The position numbers and the translations under genes were made by a program. Below the pieces are notes generated by a model that saw only the letters and a program-made list of their open reading frames with translations, was not told where the DNA came from and ran no database searches. Below, one piece after another: positions 31,272 to 41,624 of a stretch of DNA of 64,000 nt. The stretch's first letter is position 1. Every line of letters starts with the position of its first letter. Origin of the DNA: Gammaproteobacteria bacterium (lineage in GTDB: Bacteria > Pseudomonadota > Gammaproteobacteria > JAJPIJ01); the NCBI GenBank assembly GCA_021324815.1, contig JAJPIJ010000023.1:666-64665 (forward strand), given 5' to 3'.

Positions 31272-32150
31272 ATGTCAATCAAGACCGAAAATCCCCGGAC
31301 CGGCTGTCTGTACGTCGTGGCCACGCCGATCGGCAACCTGGAGGACATCTCCGCGCGGGCGCTGCGCACTCTGCGCGAAGTGGAATTGATTCTCGCCGAG
31401 GACACCCGCGTCAGCGCGCGGCTGCTGGCGCATTACGGCATCGCAACCCCGCTGCACTCTTTCCACGATTACAACGAACGCGCCGCCGCCGCGGGCTGGC
31501 TCGCGCGCCTGCGCGACGGGGCGCGGATCGCCCTCATCAGCGACGCCGGCACGCCGCTCATCAACGATCCCGGCTTCCTGTTGGTGCGCGAGGCGCTGGC
31601 GCGCGGGATCCGGGTGATGGCCGTGCCGGGGCCCAGCGCCGTCATCGCGGCGCTCAGCGTGGCGGGCGTGCCGGTGGATCGCTTCGCCTACGAGGGATTT
31701 CTACCCGCCGCCGGCGGCCCCAGACAGGCGCGCCTGCGCGCGCTCGCCGGCGAACCACGCACGATGATATTTCTGGAGGCGCCGCACCGCCTGCGCGCCA
31801 CGCTTGCGGACATGCGGGATGTATTCGGAGCCGCGCGGCGAATGACGCTGGCGAGGGAATTGACCAAAAAGCACGAGACCCTGCTTCACGGCACGATCGC
31901 CGAGGTGCAGGCGCGGCTGGAGGCTGATCCCAAGCAGAATCTTGGCGAAATGGTGTTGTGCGTGGAAGGCGCGCCGGGGGAAAAGATCGAGCGGGAGCGC
32001 GCCGTGGCGATGGCGCACACGCTGGCGAAGTACCTGCCGCCGGGACAGGCCGCCGCCGCCGCCAGCGCGTTGACCGGCGTGCCGCGCCGGGAACTCTACG
32101 CGCAATTCACGAAGGCGCGCCGCGACGAATCAAATGACGAAATGTCTTGA
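31272..32150 (+). CDS. rsmI: 16S rRNA (cytidine1402-2'-O)-methyltransferase
   Basis: LYVVATPIGNLEDIS, AEDTR, ALISDAGTPLINDPG, FAYEGFLP and ARELTKKHE motifs. Confidence 0.96.
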   Translation: MSIKTENPRTGCLYVVATPIGNLEDISARALRTLREVELILAEDTRVSARLLAHYGIATPLHSFHDYNERAAAAGWLARLRDGARIALISDAGTPLINDPGFLLVREALARGIRVMAVPGPSAVIAALSVAGVPVDRFAYEGFLPAAGGPRQARLRALAGEPRTMIFLEAPHRLRATLADMRDVFGAARRMTLARELTKKHETLLHGTIAEVQARLEADPKQNLGEMVLCVEGAPGEKIERERAVAMAHTLAKYLPPGQAAAAASALTGVPRRELYAQFTKARRDESNDEMS

Positions 32151-32181
32151 AACTAAAGAAAGCAGGCGCCACACTAAGTCA

Positions 32182-32576
32182 GGGGAGTCGGCCGGGCAGT
32201 CGCTGTGCGCGTCAGGCGCGCAGAGGAAAGTCCGGGCTCCGGAGGGCAGGGCGCCAGGTAACGCCTGGGGGACGCGAGTCCACGGACAGTGCCACAGAGA
32301 ACAGACCGCCAACCTTCGTCTTCATCGACGAAGCGGCAAGGGTGAAACGGTGCGGTAAGAGCGCACCGCGCCGGCCAACGCCGGCGGCACGGAAAACCCC
32401 GCCTGGAGCAAGACCAAATAGGGGGACGCATCTCCTTTGACAGGAGAAATCAACGCGGCCCGCGTCAGTCCCCGGGTAGGTCGCTGGAGGCGCGCGGTGA
32501 CGCGCGCCCAAGAGGAATGATTGCCGCCCGGTGCGTACGCGCCGGGGACAGAACCCGGCTTACAGGCCGACTCCCC
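32182..32576 (+). ncRNA. rnpB: RNase P RNA, type A
   Basis: GAGGAAAGTCCGGGCTCC, CAGTGCCACAGA, GGGTGAAACGGTGCGGTAAGAGC and ACAGAACCCGGCTTAC. P1 helix GGGGAGTCGGCC/GGCCGACTCCCC. Confidence 0.97.
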
Positions 32577-32745
32577 CCTTCAGTTTTGTCATTCCCTGCC
32601 CATTGCAATGCCCAACCATATCTATAATTAACATTAAGAATAAATTTTAACTAGATGATAAAAAAGCTCATTAATTGCTTTTAAAAACAAGCGCAGTTTA
32701 CACGGCCAGTTTGTCTGTAAGTCCCTGTTCACTAAATAATTTTTC

Positions 32746-32775
32746 TTGACATGGGAAAGCCTCGATCCGTATAGT
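32746..32775 (+). promoter_or_regulatory. sigma70 promoter of the dcw cluster
   Basis: TTGACA (32746-32751), 18-nt spacer, TATAGT (32770-32775). Confidence 0.75.
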
Positions 32776-32781
32776 TGTGCG

Positions 32782-32806
32782 GTGGGAAAAAGTGGTAATA
32801 AGTGGA
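32782..32806 (+). promoter_or_regulatory. MraZ-binding direct repeats
   Basis: GTGG(G/T/A) at 32782, 32792 and 32802, an exact 10-bp period just downstream of the promoter, as established for MraZ boxes. Confidence 0.8.
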
Positions 32807-32831
32807 TCAAACGACCCATGGGGAGAGCGGC

Positions 32832-33290
32832 ATGTTTCGGGGATTCAACGCGGTCAGCATCGATGCCAAAGGGCGGCTCGCTTTGCCGAGCCGCTACCGG
32901 CAGGCGGTCGCGGCGATCTCCGGCAATCAGTTGGTGATCACCTTAAATCCGCTCGATCGCTGCTTGTGGCTTTACCCGCTGCCGGCCTGGCAGGTCATTG
33001 AAGAGAAGCTCTCGCAACTTTCCGATTTCGACAAACAAAGCCGCCGCACCAAGCAGATGATGCGCGGCCACGCGACGGAGTGTGAACTGGACGGCCACGG
33101 CCGCGTGCTGCTGCCGGGCAAATTGCGCGAGTTCGCCGGCCTGAAGCGCGACGGCGTGTTGCTGGGGCAGAGCAACAAGTTTGAATTATGGGACGAGGCC
33201 GCCTGGAACAAGCAGCGCGACGAGTGGCTGGGACAACTGGACGAGGACCGGGAGGCGGTATCATCGGCCCTGCGGGATCTCGCGCTGTGA
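32832..33290 (+). CDS. mraZ: Transcriptional regulator MraZ
   Basis: MFRG...DAKGRLALP and DGHGRVLLP SpoVT/AbrB repeats; FELWDE motif. Confidence 0.96.
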   Translation: MFRGFNAVSIDAKGRLALPSRYRQAVAAISGNQLVITLNPLDRCLWLYPLPAWQVIEEKLSQLSDFDKQSRRTKQMMRGHATECELDGHGRVLLPGKLREFAGLKRDGVLLGQSNKFELWDEAAWNKQRDEWLGQLDEDREAVSSALRDLAL

Positions 33291-33308
33291 AGCGGGGCCG
33301 TGCGCCGC

Positions 33309-34235
33309 ATGTTGACAGAACACATTCCGGTGCTGAAAGACGAGGTGCTGGAAGCCTTGAACATATGCGAAGACGGCCGCTACGTGGATTGCACCTATGG
33401 GCGGGGCGGGCACGCGCGCGCCATCGCAGAGCGTCTGGGGCCGCAGGGTCGCGTGCTGGCGATGGATCGGGATCCCGAGGCGGTGCAGGCGGCGCGGGAA
33501 CAGTGGCATGACCCGCGCGTGGAGGTGGTGCACGCGCCCTTCAGCATGCTGGAGAAGTGCGTGACGGCCCGCGGCTGGGCGGCGCAGGTGAACGGGGTGC
33601 TGTTCGATCTCGGCGTGTCCTCGCCGCAGCTGGAAACCGCCGATCGTGGATTCAGTTTCATGCGTGACGGACCGCTCGACATGCGCATGGATCCGACGCA
33701 GGGTCTGACCGCCGCCGAATGGCTGGCGCACGCCGGCGAGGAGGAGATCGCCGAATGCCTGCAACGCTACGGCGAGGAACGACACGCGCGCCGGCTGGCG
33801 CGCGCCCTGGTGGCGGCGCGCAAACAGCGGCCCATCAGCCGCACCGCGCAACTGGCCGCGATCATCGCCCGGGCGCATCCCGCCTGGGAGCGGGGCCGGC
33901 ATCCCGCCACCCGCGCGTTCCAGGCGATCCGCATCCAGGTCAACAACGAACTGGAGGAGTTGAAGCAGGGGCTGCATCAGGCGGCCGACATGCTGGCGCG
34001 CGGCGGCCGGCTGGTGGTCATCAGCTTTCACTCGCTGGAGGATCGCATCGTGAAGCGCCTGTTGCGCGTTGAAGCCGGCGTTTCCGATTTGCCGCCCGGG
34101 CTGCCGGCGCGCGGCGGGGCCCGCCAGCCGCGGCTGCGGCTGATCGGGCGGGCGCGGCGGCCGGGCGAGGACGAGGTGGTGAAAAATCCGCGCGCTCGCA
34201 GCGCTACCCTGCGCGTGGCGGAGCGGTTGAATTGA
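33309..34235 (+). CDS. rsmH: 16S rRNA (cytosine1402-N4)-methyltransferase
   Basis: HIPVL, GRGGH, DLGVSSPQL, RGFSF, GPLDMRMD, FHSLEDR and NPRARSA motifs. Confidence 0.97.
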   Translation: MLTEHIPVLKDEVLEALNICEDGRYVDCTYGRGGHARAIAERLGPQGRVLAMDRDPEAVQAAREQWHDPRVEVVHAPFSMLEKCVTARGWAAQVNGVLFDLGVSSPQLETADRGFSFMRDGPLDMRMDPTQGLTAAEWLAHAGEEEIAECLQRYGEERHARRLARALVAARKQRPISRTAQLAAIIARAHPAWERGRHPATRAFQAIRIQVNNELEELKQGLHQAADMLARGGRLVVISFHSLEDRIVKRLLRVEAGVSDLPPGLPARGGARQPRLRLIGRARRPGEDEVVKNPRARSATLRVAERLN

Positions 34236-34498
34236 AGCGCCAGATGTCGGTGGTGTTGTTGATCATCGCGGTGCTGGCCTCGGCGCTGGGCGTGGTGGCG
34301 GGGCGCCATGAGAGCCGCAAGGCCTTTGTGGAATTGCAGGCGCTGGAGCGTGAACGCGACGCCATGAATGAGGAGTGGGGACAATTGCAGCTGGAACAGG
34401 CCACATGGGGCACGCATGCGCGCGTCGAGGAGCTGGCGCGCCAGCGGCTGGACATGTGGCCGCCGCCGCCCGAATCCACGCTGTTGGTGGTGCCCTGA
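34232..34498 (+). CDS. ftsL: Cell division protein FtsL
   Basis: Single TM helix, then EEWGQLQLEQATW...RVEELARQRLDM; position between rsmH and ftsI. Confidence 0.93.
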   Translation: MKRQMSVVLLIIAVLASALGVVAGRHESRKAFVELQALERERDAMNEEWGQLQLEQATWGTHARVEELARQRLDMWPPPPESTLLVVP

Positions 34499-36249
34499 TG
34501 GCCGTCGCGCTGCCCGCACTGTATCGAGGCCGCCGCTACAGCGTGCAGCTTTTGTTCACGGCCATCGCCGTGCTGATGTCGTTGCGCGCGGTGGATCTGC
34601 AGCTCAGGGATCACGAATTCCTGCAGAACCATGGCGACGCGCGCTACCTGCGGGTGGTGGAGATACCGGCCCACCGCGGCGTGATCAGCGATCGCAATGG
34701 CGAGCCGCTGGCGATCAGCACGCCGGTCAGCTCGGTGTGGGCCAATCCGCGCCGACTGGCGCTGGCTGAGGGACAATGGCGGCAACTGGCCCAGTGGCTA
34801 TCCATCGGGGTGGACAACCTGAAGGAGCTGGTGGCGGCGCGGCAGGGGCGCGACTTCGTCTATCTCCGCCGCCAGGTGGAGCCGGCGCAGGCGGCCATAA
34901 TCGCCGCCGCCCGCCTGCCCGGCGTTTACGTGGATCGCGAGTATCACCGTTATTATCCGGCCGGCGAGGTGACCGCCCATGTGGTGGGATTCACCAATGT
35001 GGATGACAGCGGACAGGAAGGCATGGAACTCGCATACAACGGCGTGTTGCAGGGGACGCCGGGCAGCAAGCAGGTCATCAAGGATCGCCTCGGCCGCGTG
35101 GTCGAAAACGTCGAGAGTCTGCGCGCCGCCGTGCCGGGCGAGGACCTGACGCTCACCATCGACAAACGCCTGCAATACATCGCCTACCGGGAATTGAAGG
35201 CCGCGGTGATCAATCACCGGGCGCAGGCGGGCTCCATGGTGATCCTCGATGCCCGCAGCGGCGAAGTGCTGGCGATGGTCAATCAGCCCTCCTACAACCC
35301 CAACAATCGCACCAGCCTGCAGGGCGAACTGTACCGCAACCGCGCCGTGACCGACGTGTATGAACCCGGCTCCACGCTCAAGGCGTTCACCATCGCCGCC
35401 GCGCTGGACGCCGGCGAGGTGACCCCCACCACGCCGATCGACACGGGCAACGGGGTATTCGAAATCGGCCCCTACAAGGTGCGCGACACCCACCCCTTCG
35501 GCAGGCTGGACGTGACCGGCGTGGTCGTGAAGTCCAGCAACGTCGGCGCCGCGAAGATCGCGCTCTCCCTGGAGCCGGAAACCTTCTGGCGCATGTTGAG
35601 CAAGGTGGGATTTGGCGCGCCCACGGCCACCGGATTTCCCGGCGAGGCGGCGGGCAGGCTGCCCGATTATCACCATTGGCGGGAGATCGAACAGGCGACA
35701 CTCGCTTTCGGCTACGGCCTGTCGGTGACCACGCTGCAACTCGCCCAGGCCTACACGGCGGTGGCCAACGACGGCGTCTGGGTGCCCGCGAGCCTGGTGC
35801 GAAACGGCCGGCCCCCGGACGGCGACACCGTCATGTCGGCGGCCACGGCCGAACAGGTGCGCGCCATGCTCGAAGGCGTGGTGCGGTCGGGCACCGGCCG
35901 GCTGGCGCGCATCCCGGGCTACCGCGTGGCCGGCAAGACCGGCACGGTGCACAAGGTCAACACCCAGGGTTACGAGGAGGACCGCTACGTCGCGCTGTTT
36001 GCCGGCATGGTGCCGGCCAGCCGGCCGCGGCTGGTGGCGGCGGTGATCATCGATGATCCGGGCGATGGCGAATACTTCGGCGGCCAGATCGCCGCGCCGG
36101 TGTTCAGCAACGTCATGCGGGAGGCGCTGCGGCTGCTCAACATCCCGCCGGATGATCCACCCGGCCGGAACGAACAGCCCCTGTATACCTATATCTCGAC
36201 CAACTCCCCGGAGATGTTTGATGATCGGGGTGGACAACCGGAACGATGA
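34498..36249 (+). CDS. ftsI: Peptidoglycan D,D-transpeptidase FtsI (PBP3)
   Basis: RGVISDRNG, EPGSTLK (SxxK), KSSN (SxN) and AGKTGT motifs. Confidence 0.96.
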   Translation: MAVALPALYRGRRYSVQLLFTAIAVLMSLRAVDLQLRDHEFLQNHGDARYLRVVEIPAHRGVISDRNGEPLAISTPVSSVWANPRRLALAEGQWRQLAQWLSIGVDNLKELVAARQGRDFVYLRRQVEPAQAAIIAAARLPGVYVDREYHRYYPAGEVTAHVVGFTNVDDSGQEGMELAYNGVLQGTPGSKQVIKDRLGRVVENVESLRAAVPGEDLTLTIDKRLQYIAYRELKAAVINHRAQAGSMVILDARSGEVLAMVNQPSYNPNNRTSLQGELYRNRAVTDVYEPGSTLKAFTIAAALDAGEVTPTTPIDTGNGVFEIGPYKVRDTHPFGRLDVTGVVVKSSNVGAAKIALSLEPETFWRMLSKVGFGAPTATGFPGEAAGRLPDYHHWREIEQATLAFGYGLSVTTLQLAQAYTAVANDGVWVPASLVRNGRPPDGDTVMSAATAEQVRAMLEGVVRSGTGRLARIPGYRVAGKTGTVHKVNTQGYEEDRYVALFAGMVPASRPRLVAAVIIDDPGDGEYFGGQIAAPVFSNVMREALRLLNIPPDDPPGRNEQPLYTYISTNSPEMFDDRGGQPER

Positions 36250-37751
36250 TGACGGCACACCCACTCCCTCCGAACAGCCTGCATGAATTGCTGGCGGGCC
36301 TTGTCGCGTTGCCACCGGCGGCGGATCGGCGGCTGGCGGGGCTGGCGCTGGACAGCCGCACGCTGCGCGCCGGCGAGGTGTTCGTCGCCCTGCGCGGCCA
36401 CCGGCGTCAGGGCGGGGATTTCATCAACGACGCCATCGCCCGCGGCGCCGTCGCCGTGCTGGTGGAGGCGGAGGGTCCCATCAGTTTTCGAGGGACGGTG
36501 CCGCTGATCCCGGTGCCAAAATTGCGCTGGCAGCTGGGGGAGATCGCCGCGCGTTTCCACCAGCGTCCCGCGCGCGCGCTCAAGGTGATCGGCGTCACCG
36601 GCACCAACGGCAAGACCACCGTCACGCATCTCATCGCCCAGGCGTTGAACCGCCGGCGGAACTCATGCGCGCTCATGGGCACCCTGGGCGGGGGTCTGCC
36701 GGGCCGCTTGACGGCGCTGCCCAACACCACGCCTGATGCGATCACCGTGCAGGCCAGCCTGGCCCGCTGGCGGGATGAGGGGTTGGACAGCGTGGCCATG
36801 GAGGTGTCTTCTCACGGACTGGATCAAGGACGGGTGCAGGGCGTGCGTTTCGCCGCCGCCGTGCTGACCAACCTGACGCGCGACCATCTGGAATATCACG
36901 GCGACATGGAAAGTTACGCGCGGGCCAAGCAGCGTCTGTTCGCCATGCCGGATCTCGGCGCCGCGGTGCTGAATGGCGACGATCCCTTCGGCATGGCGCT
37001 GCTGAAAGTGGTCGGCGCGGGCGTGCAACGCCATGTTTACGCCCTGGACCGAATTGCGGCGCCGCCCGGCGTCGAGTTCATCACCGCCTCGGCGATCGAC
37101 TTGCGCGGCGGAATCGCGATGGATATCCACTGGCGGGGGCGACGATGCCGCCTGCGCAGTCCGCTGCTCGGGAGATTCAACGCCGCCAACCTGCTGGCCG
37201 CGGCCGCCGCCCTGCTTGCGCTCGGCGCGCCGATGGAGCAGGTGGCGGAGGATCTGGCACAGGCGCCCGGCGCCGAGGGGCGCATGCAGCGCCTCGGTGG
37301 CGGTCCCGGCGAGCCGCTGGTGGTGGTCGATTACGCCCACACGCCGGATGCCCTGCAAAAAGTGTTGCAGGCCGCCCGCGAACTGACCGGCGGCGCACTC
37401 TGGTGCGTGTTCGGCTGCGGCGGCGAGCGCGATCCCGGCAAGCGGCCGCTGATGGGCGGGATCGCGGCCGCGCTGGCGGACCAGGTCGTCTTCACCAGCG
37501 ACAATCCCCGCGGCGAGCCGCCGCAGGCCATCATGGACCAAATCATCTCGGGCATGGCGGATCAGACCCCGGCGCTGGTGGAGGCCGACCGGCGGCGGGC
37601 CATTCAGTACGCCATCGCTAGGGCGGCGCCGGGCGCGGTGGTGGTGATCGCCGGCAAGGGCCATGAGAGCCATCAGGAAATCGCCGGCCGGCGCTGGCCG
37701 TTCAACGACCGGGCCGTGGCCGAGGCCGCACTGCGGGAACGGGCGGGATGA
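36246..37751 (+). CDS. murE: UDP-MurNAc-L-Ala-D-Glu--meso-DAP ligase
   Basis: GVTGTNGKTT, MEVSSH, TNLTRDHL, DYAHTPDAL and DNPR (DAP-specific) motifs. Confidence 0.96.
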   Translation: MMTAHPLPPNSLHELLAGLVALPPAADRRLAGLALDSRTLRAGEVFVALRGHRRQGGDFINDAIARGAVAVLVEAEGPISFRGTVPLIPVPKLRWQLGEIAARFHQRPARALKVIGVTGTNGKTTVTHLIAQALNRRRNSCALMGTLGGGLPGRLTALPNTTPDAITVQASLARWRDEGLDSVAMEVSSHGLDQGRVQGVRFAAAVLTNLTRDHLEYHGDMESYARAKQRLFAMPDLGAAVLNGDDPFGMALLKVVGAGVQRHVYALDRIAAPPGVEFITASAIDLRGGIAMDIHWRGRRCRLRSPLLGRFNAANLLAAAAALLALGAPMEQVAEDLAQAPGAEGRMQRLGGGPGEPLVVVDYAHTPDALQKVLQAARELTGGALWCVFGCGGERDPGKRPLMGGIAAALADQVVFTSDNPRGEPPQAIMDQIISGMADQTPALVEADRRRAIQYAIARAAPGAVVVIAGKGHESHQEIAGRRWPFNDRAVAEAALRERAG

Positions 37752-39127
37752 TTGCCATGACGCTCGCCGCCGCCAGCCGCGCCATGAAGGGAGTCTTGCA
37801 CGCCCCGGCGGGAGCGGCCGCCGCCGGCCGCAGAAAATTTCGCGGCGTCAGCACCGACACGCGTCAGTTGCATGCGGGTGAGCTGTTCGTCGCCCTGCGC
37901 GGCCCGCGGTTCGACGCGCACACGTTGATTGAGGAGGCCAGGCGGCGCGGCGCGGTGGCCGCGGTCGTTGAGCGCGGCGTGGCGACCGCCCTGCCGCTGA
38001 TCAAGGTGGATCACACCCGCGCCGCGCTGGGCCGGCTGGCGGCGGCCTGGCGCGAGCGCCACGATGTGCCCATCGTCGCGGTCACGGGCAGCAACGGCAA
38101 AACCACCGTCAAGAATATGCTGGCCGCCATCTTCGAACGCGCCGGACCGGTGCTGGCCACCCGCGGCAATCTGAACAACGACATCGGCGTGCCGCTGACG
38201 CTGTTTGAACTCAAGCCGGAGCACCGCTGCGCGGTGATCGAAATGGGCGCCAATCATGCCGGCGAAATCGCGGGCCTCTGTCATATTGCGAAACCGACGG
38301 CCGCCATCATCACGCTGTGCGCGCCGGCGCATCTGGAGGGCTTCGGCAGCATCGAGGGCGTGGCGCGCGCCAAGGGGGAAATCATTGACGGCACGTCGGC
38401 GGAGGGCGTGATTGTGTTGAACGCCGACGATGCCTATTTCCCCTTGTGGAAGGATCTGGCGCGGGGACGCCGGATCGTGCGATTCGGATTGCAGGCCCCG
38501 GCGGAGGTGACCGCGGAGCTGCGCGAAGAGGAGATGGGCGGCGCCGGTTCGCGCTTTGAATTGCGCCTGCCCGGGGCGGCGATCGCAGTGAATCTCCCCC
38601 TGCCCGGGCGCCACAACGTCATGAACGCGCTGGCCGCCGCCGCCTGCGCCTGGGCGCTGGGCCGGGACGCCCCGGCCATCCGCGCCGGCCTGGAAGGCAT
38701 GCGGCCGGCGCACGGGCGGCTCGAAATCGTGCCGGGGCTTTCCGGCAGCAGGGTGATCGACGACAGCTACAACGCCAACCCGGCCTCGCTCAAGGCCGCG
38801 CTGGAGGTGCTGCGTCGCGAGCCCGGCGAGCACTGGCTGGTGCTGGGCGACATGGGTGAACTGGGAGAAGACGCGGAAGCCCATCACCGCGAGGCCGGCC
38901 GCATGGCGCGCGCGGCAGGCGTCTTGCGACTGTACGGCATCGGGCCGCTGACCCGCCTGGCGGTGGAGGCGTTTGGTTCCGGCGCACGGCACTTCGATGA
39001 TTACGATGAATTGATCGCCGCCTTGCGCGCCGGCGTGGGTGGAGGCACGACCGTGCTGATCAAGGGCTCGCGCGCCATGCACATGGAAACCATCGTGCAG
39101 GCGATCACGACGGCGCCGGTGGGATAG
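37748..39127 (+). CDS. murF: UDP-MurNAc-tripeptide--D-Ala-D-Ala ligase
   Basis: VTGSNGKTT, NNDIGVP, EMGANH, DDSYNANP and GDMGELG motifs. Confidence 0.96.
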   Translation: MIAMTLAAASRAMKGVLHAPAGAAAAGRRKFRGVSTDTRQLHAGELFVALRGPRFDAHTLIEEARRRGAVAAVVERGVATALPLIKVDHTRAALGRLAAAWRERHDVPIVAVTGSNGKTTVKNMLAAIFERAGPVLATRGNLNNDIGVPLTLFELKPEHRCAVIEMGANHAGEIAGLCHIAKPTAAIITLCAPAHLEGFGSIEGVARAKGEIIDGTSAEGVIVLNADDAYFPLWKDLARGRRIVRFGLQAPAEVTAELREEEMGGAGSRFELRLPGAAIAVNLPLPGRHNVMNALAAAACAWALGRDAPAIRAGLEGMRPAHGRLEIVPGLSGSRVIDDSYNANPASLKAALEVLRREPGEHWLVLGDMGELGEDAEAHHREAGRMARAAGVLRLYGIGPLTRLAVEAFGSGARHFDDYDELIAALRAGVGGGTTVLIKGSRAMHMETIVQAITTAPVG

Positions 39128-39130
39128 GCC

Positions 39131-40213
39131 GTGCTCCTGCTCCTCAGCGAATGGTTGAGCCGCTGGTACAGCGGCTTTCACGTGTTTCAATACATCACGC
39201 TGCGCGTCATACTGGGCGTGCTGACGGCGCTCGGGATCGCGCTGCTCGCCGGGCCGCTGATGATCCGCAGCCTGAGCCGCAGCCAGATCGGCCAGAGCGT
39301 GCGCGACGACGGGCCGCGCTCGCACCTGAGCAAGGCGGGAACGCCGACGATGGGCGGCGCGCTCATTCTGGTGTCGGTGACGTTGAGCACGTTGTTGTGG
39401 GGGGAATTACGCAATCGTTACCTCTGGATCGCGCTCCTGGTGACGCTGGCCTTCGGCGCCATCGGCTGGATCGACGATTACCGCAAGGTCAGCCGCCGCG
39501 ACCCCCGGGGCATGCCCGCGCGGCAGAAATATTTCTGGCAGTCGATCTGCGGCCTGGCCGCCGCCATCCTGCTGTACGCGCAGGCCGACACGCCGGCGCA
39601 GACGCAGTTGATCGTGCCGTTCGTCAAGGCCGCGGTGTTCAACCTGGGCTGGGGATTCCCGGTGCTCGCCTATCTCGTGGTCGTGGGCACCAGCAATGCG
39701 GTGAACCTGACCGACGGCCTGGACGGGCTGGCGATACTGCCGGCGGTGATGATCGCCGGCGCCTTGGTGGTGTTCGCCTATGTCGCCGGCCATGTCAACT
39801 TCTCCCACTACCTGGGGCTGCCCTATATCGCCGGCGTCGGCGAGCTGGGCGTGTTCTGCGCGGCGCTTTCCGGCGCCGGACTGGGGTTTCTGTGGTTCAA
39901 CACCTACCCGGCGCAGGTGTTCATGGGCGACATGGGGGCGCTGGCCATCGGCGCCGCGCTCGGCATCGTCGCGGTGATGGTGCGCCAGGAAATCGTGCTG
40001 TTCATCATGGGGGGCGTGTTCGTGGTGGAGACGCTCTCGGTGATGTTGCAGGTGGTCTCCTTCAAACTCACCGGCCGGCGCATCTTCCGCATGGCGCCGC
40101 TGCACCATCACTTCGAGCTCAAGGGCTGGCCGGAGCCGCGCGTCATCGTGCGCTTCTGGATCATCACGGTGATCCTGGTGTTGATCGGCCTGTCGAGTCT
40201 GAAGATCCGGTGA
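39131..40213 (+). CDS. mraY: Phospho-N-acetylmuramoyl-pentapeptide transferase
   Basis: [28 protein letters not shown] and MAPLHHHFE motifs. Confidence 0.97.
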   Translation: MLLLLSEWLSRWYSGFHVFQYITLRVILGVLTALGIALLAGPLMIRSLSRSQIGQSVRDDGPRSHLSKAGTPTMGGALILVSVTLSTLLWGELRNRYLWIALLVTLAFGAIGWIDDYRKVSRRDPRGMPARQKYFWQSICGLAAAILLYAQADTPAQTQLIVPFVKAAVFNLGWGFPVLAYLVVVGTSNAVNLTDGLDGLAILPAVMIAGALVVFAYVAGHVNFSHYLGLPYIAGVGELGVFCAALSGAGLGFLWFNTYPAQVFMGDMGALAIGAALGIVAVMVRQEIVLFIMGGVFVVETLSVMLQVVSFKLTGRRIFRMAPLHHHFELKGWPEPRVIVRFWIITVILVLIGLSSLKIR

Positions 40214-40220
40214 TCGCGCG

Positions 40221-41624
40221 ATGAATACGGCCATGACCGCGAGCAAAATTTCCCTGCCCATGCCGACCGTCATCGTCGGCATGGGCAGGACCGGCCTGTC
40301 CTGCGCGCGGTTCCTGGGCCGCTGTGGCGAGCCCTTTGCCATCGTCGACAGCCGCGAAAACCCGCCCGGACTGGCCGCCGTTCAGCGGGAATTTCCGCGG
40401 GCGCCGCGCCACGCCGGCGGATTGCGCGCCGACTGGCTGCACGGCGCGCGGCGGGTGCTGCTGAGCCCCGGCGTGTCGCCGCGGGAGCCGGCGCTGCGGG
40501 CCGCACGCGATCAAGGCGTGGAGATCATCGGTGACATCGAATTGTTTGCGCGCCATGCGCGCGCGCCGGTGGTGGCGATCACCGGCGTCAACGGCAAGAG
40601 CACGGTCACCACGCTGGTCGGCGAGATGGCGCGGACGGCGGGCGTCCGCGCCGGCGTGGGCGGCAATCTCGGCACGCCGGCGCTGGATTTGCTGGATGAA
40701 AAGATTTCCCTGTACGTGCTGGAACTGTCCAGCTTCCAGCTGGAAACGGTGTCGAGCCTGAACGCCTGCGCCGCGACGGTGCTGAACATGAGCCCCGATC
40801 ACATGGATCGCTACCACAGCCTGACCGAATACGCCGCCGCCAAGCAGCGCATCTTCCGCGGCGACGGCGTCATGGTGCTGAACGCCGATGATCCGCTGGT
40901 CATGGCCATGCGCGAACGGGGTCGCAAGGTGCGGCGGTTCACATTGGGCGCGCCGGCGGGAGGCGATTACGGCCTGACCCGGGAGGGACGCGGCGAAACC
41001 TGGCTTGCCTGCGGCGGGGAGCGGTTGCTGCCCGCGGCGGCGTTGAAGATCAAGGGCGCGCACAACATCGCCAACGCGCTCGCGGCGTGGGCGCTGGCGG
41101 AGGCGGCGGGACTGCCGCGCGCGGCGGCGCGGGAGGTCTTGAGCACCTTCACGGGCCTGCCGCATCGCTGCCAGTGGGTGGCGGAAATCGACGGCGTGCG
41201 ATGGTACGACGACTCCAAGGGCACCAACGTCGGCGCCGCCTGCGCCGCCATCGCCGGACTGGCGCAGGACCTGGCCACCGGCCGGAGGCTCGTCATCATC
41301 GTGGGCGGCCTGGCTAAGGGCGCGGATTTCAGCGCCATGGCGGCGGCGGTCCGGGAGCGGGTGCGGGCGGCGGTGATCATCGGCCGCGACGGCCCGCAAA
41401 TCGAAAAGGTGCTGGCGGACGTCGTGCCCTGCGTGCGGGCGGTGGACATGCAGGACGCCGTGGCGCGCGCGGCGGCGCTCGCCGAAGGCGGTGACGCGGT
41501 GCTGCTGTCGCCGGCCTGCGCCAGCTTCGACATGTTCCGCGACTATGTCCACCGCGGCGAGACCTACGCCGCCGCCGTGCGTGCCAGGGCGCCTGCCGCC
41601 AGGCCGGAGGAAAGAAGGCCGTGA
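40221..41624 (+). CDS. murD: UDP-MurNAc-L-Ala--D-Glu ligase
   Basis: GMGRTG, SPG, NGKST, ELSSFQL, DHMDRY, DSKGTN and SPACASFDMF motifs. Confidence 0.96.
   Translation: MNTAMTASKISLPMPTVIVGMGRTGLSCARFLGRCGEPFAIVDSRENPPGLAAVQREFPRAPRHAGGLRADWLHGARRVLLSPGVSPREPALRAARDQGVEIIGDIELFARHARAPVVAITGVNGKSTVTTLVGEMARTAGVRAGVGGNLGTPALDLLDEKISLYVLELSSFQLETVSSLNACAATVLNMSPDHMDRYHSLTEYAAAKQRIFRGDGVMVLNADDPLVMAMRERGRKVRRFTLGAPAGGDYGLTREGRGETWLACGGERLLPAAALKIKGAHNIANALAAWALAEAAGLPRAAAREVLSTFTGLPHRCQWVAEIDGVRWYDDSKGTNVGAACAAIAGLAQDLATGRRLVIIVGGLAKGADFSAMAAAVRERVRAAVIIGRDGPQIEKVLADVVPCVRAVDMQDAVARAAALAEGGDAVLLSPACASFDMFRDYVHRGETYAAAVRARAPAARPEERRP

Noticed and set aside
32746-32755. TTGACATGGG is identical to 8945-8954
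   Set aside because: At mraZ the second FNR half-site is absent (AAAG). The match is explained by a -35 hexamer plus chance.
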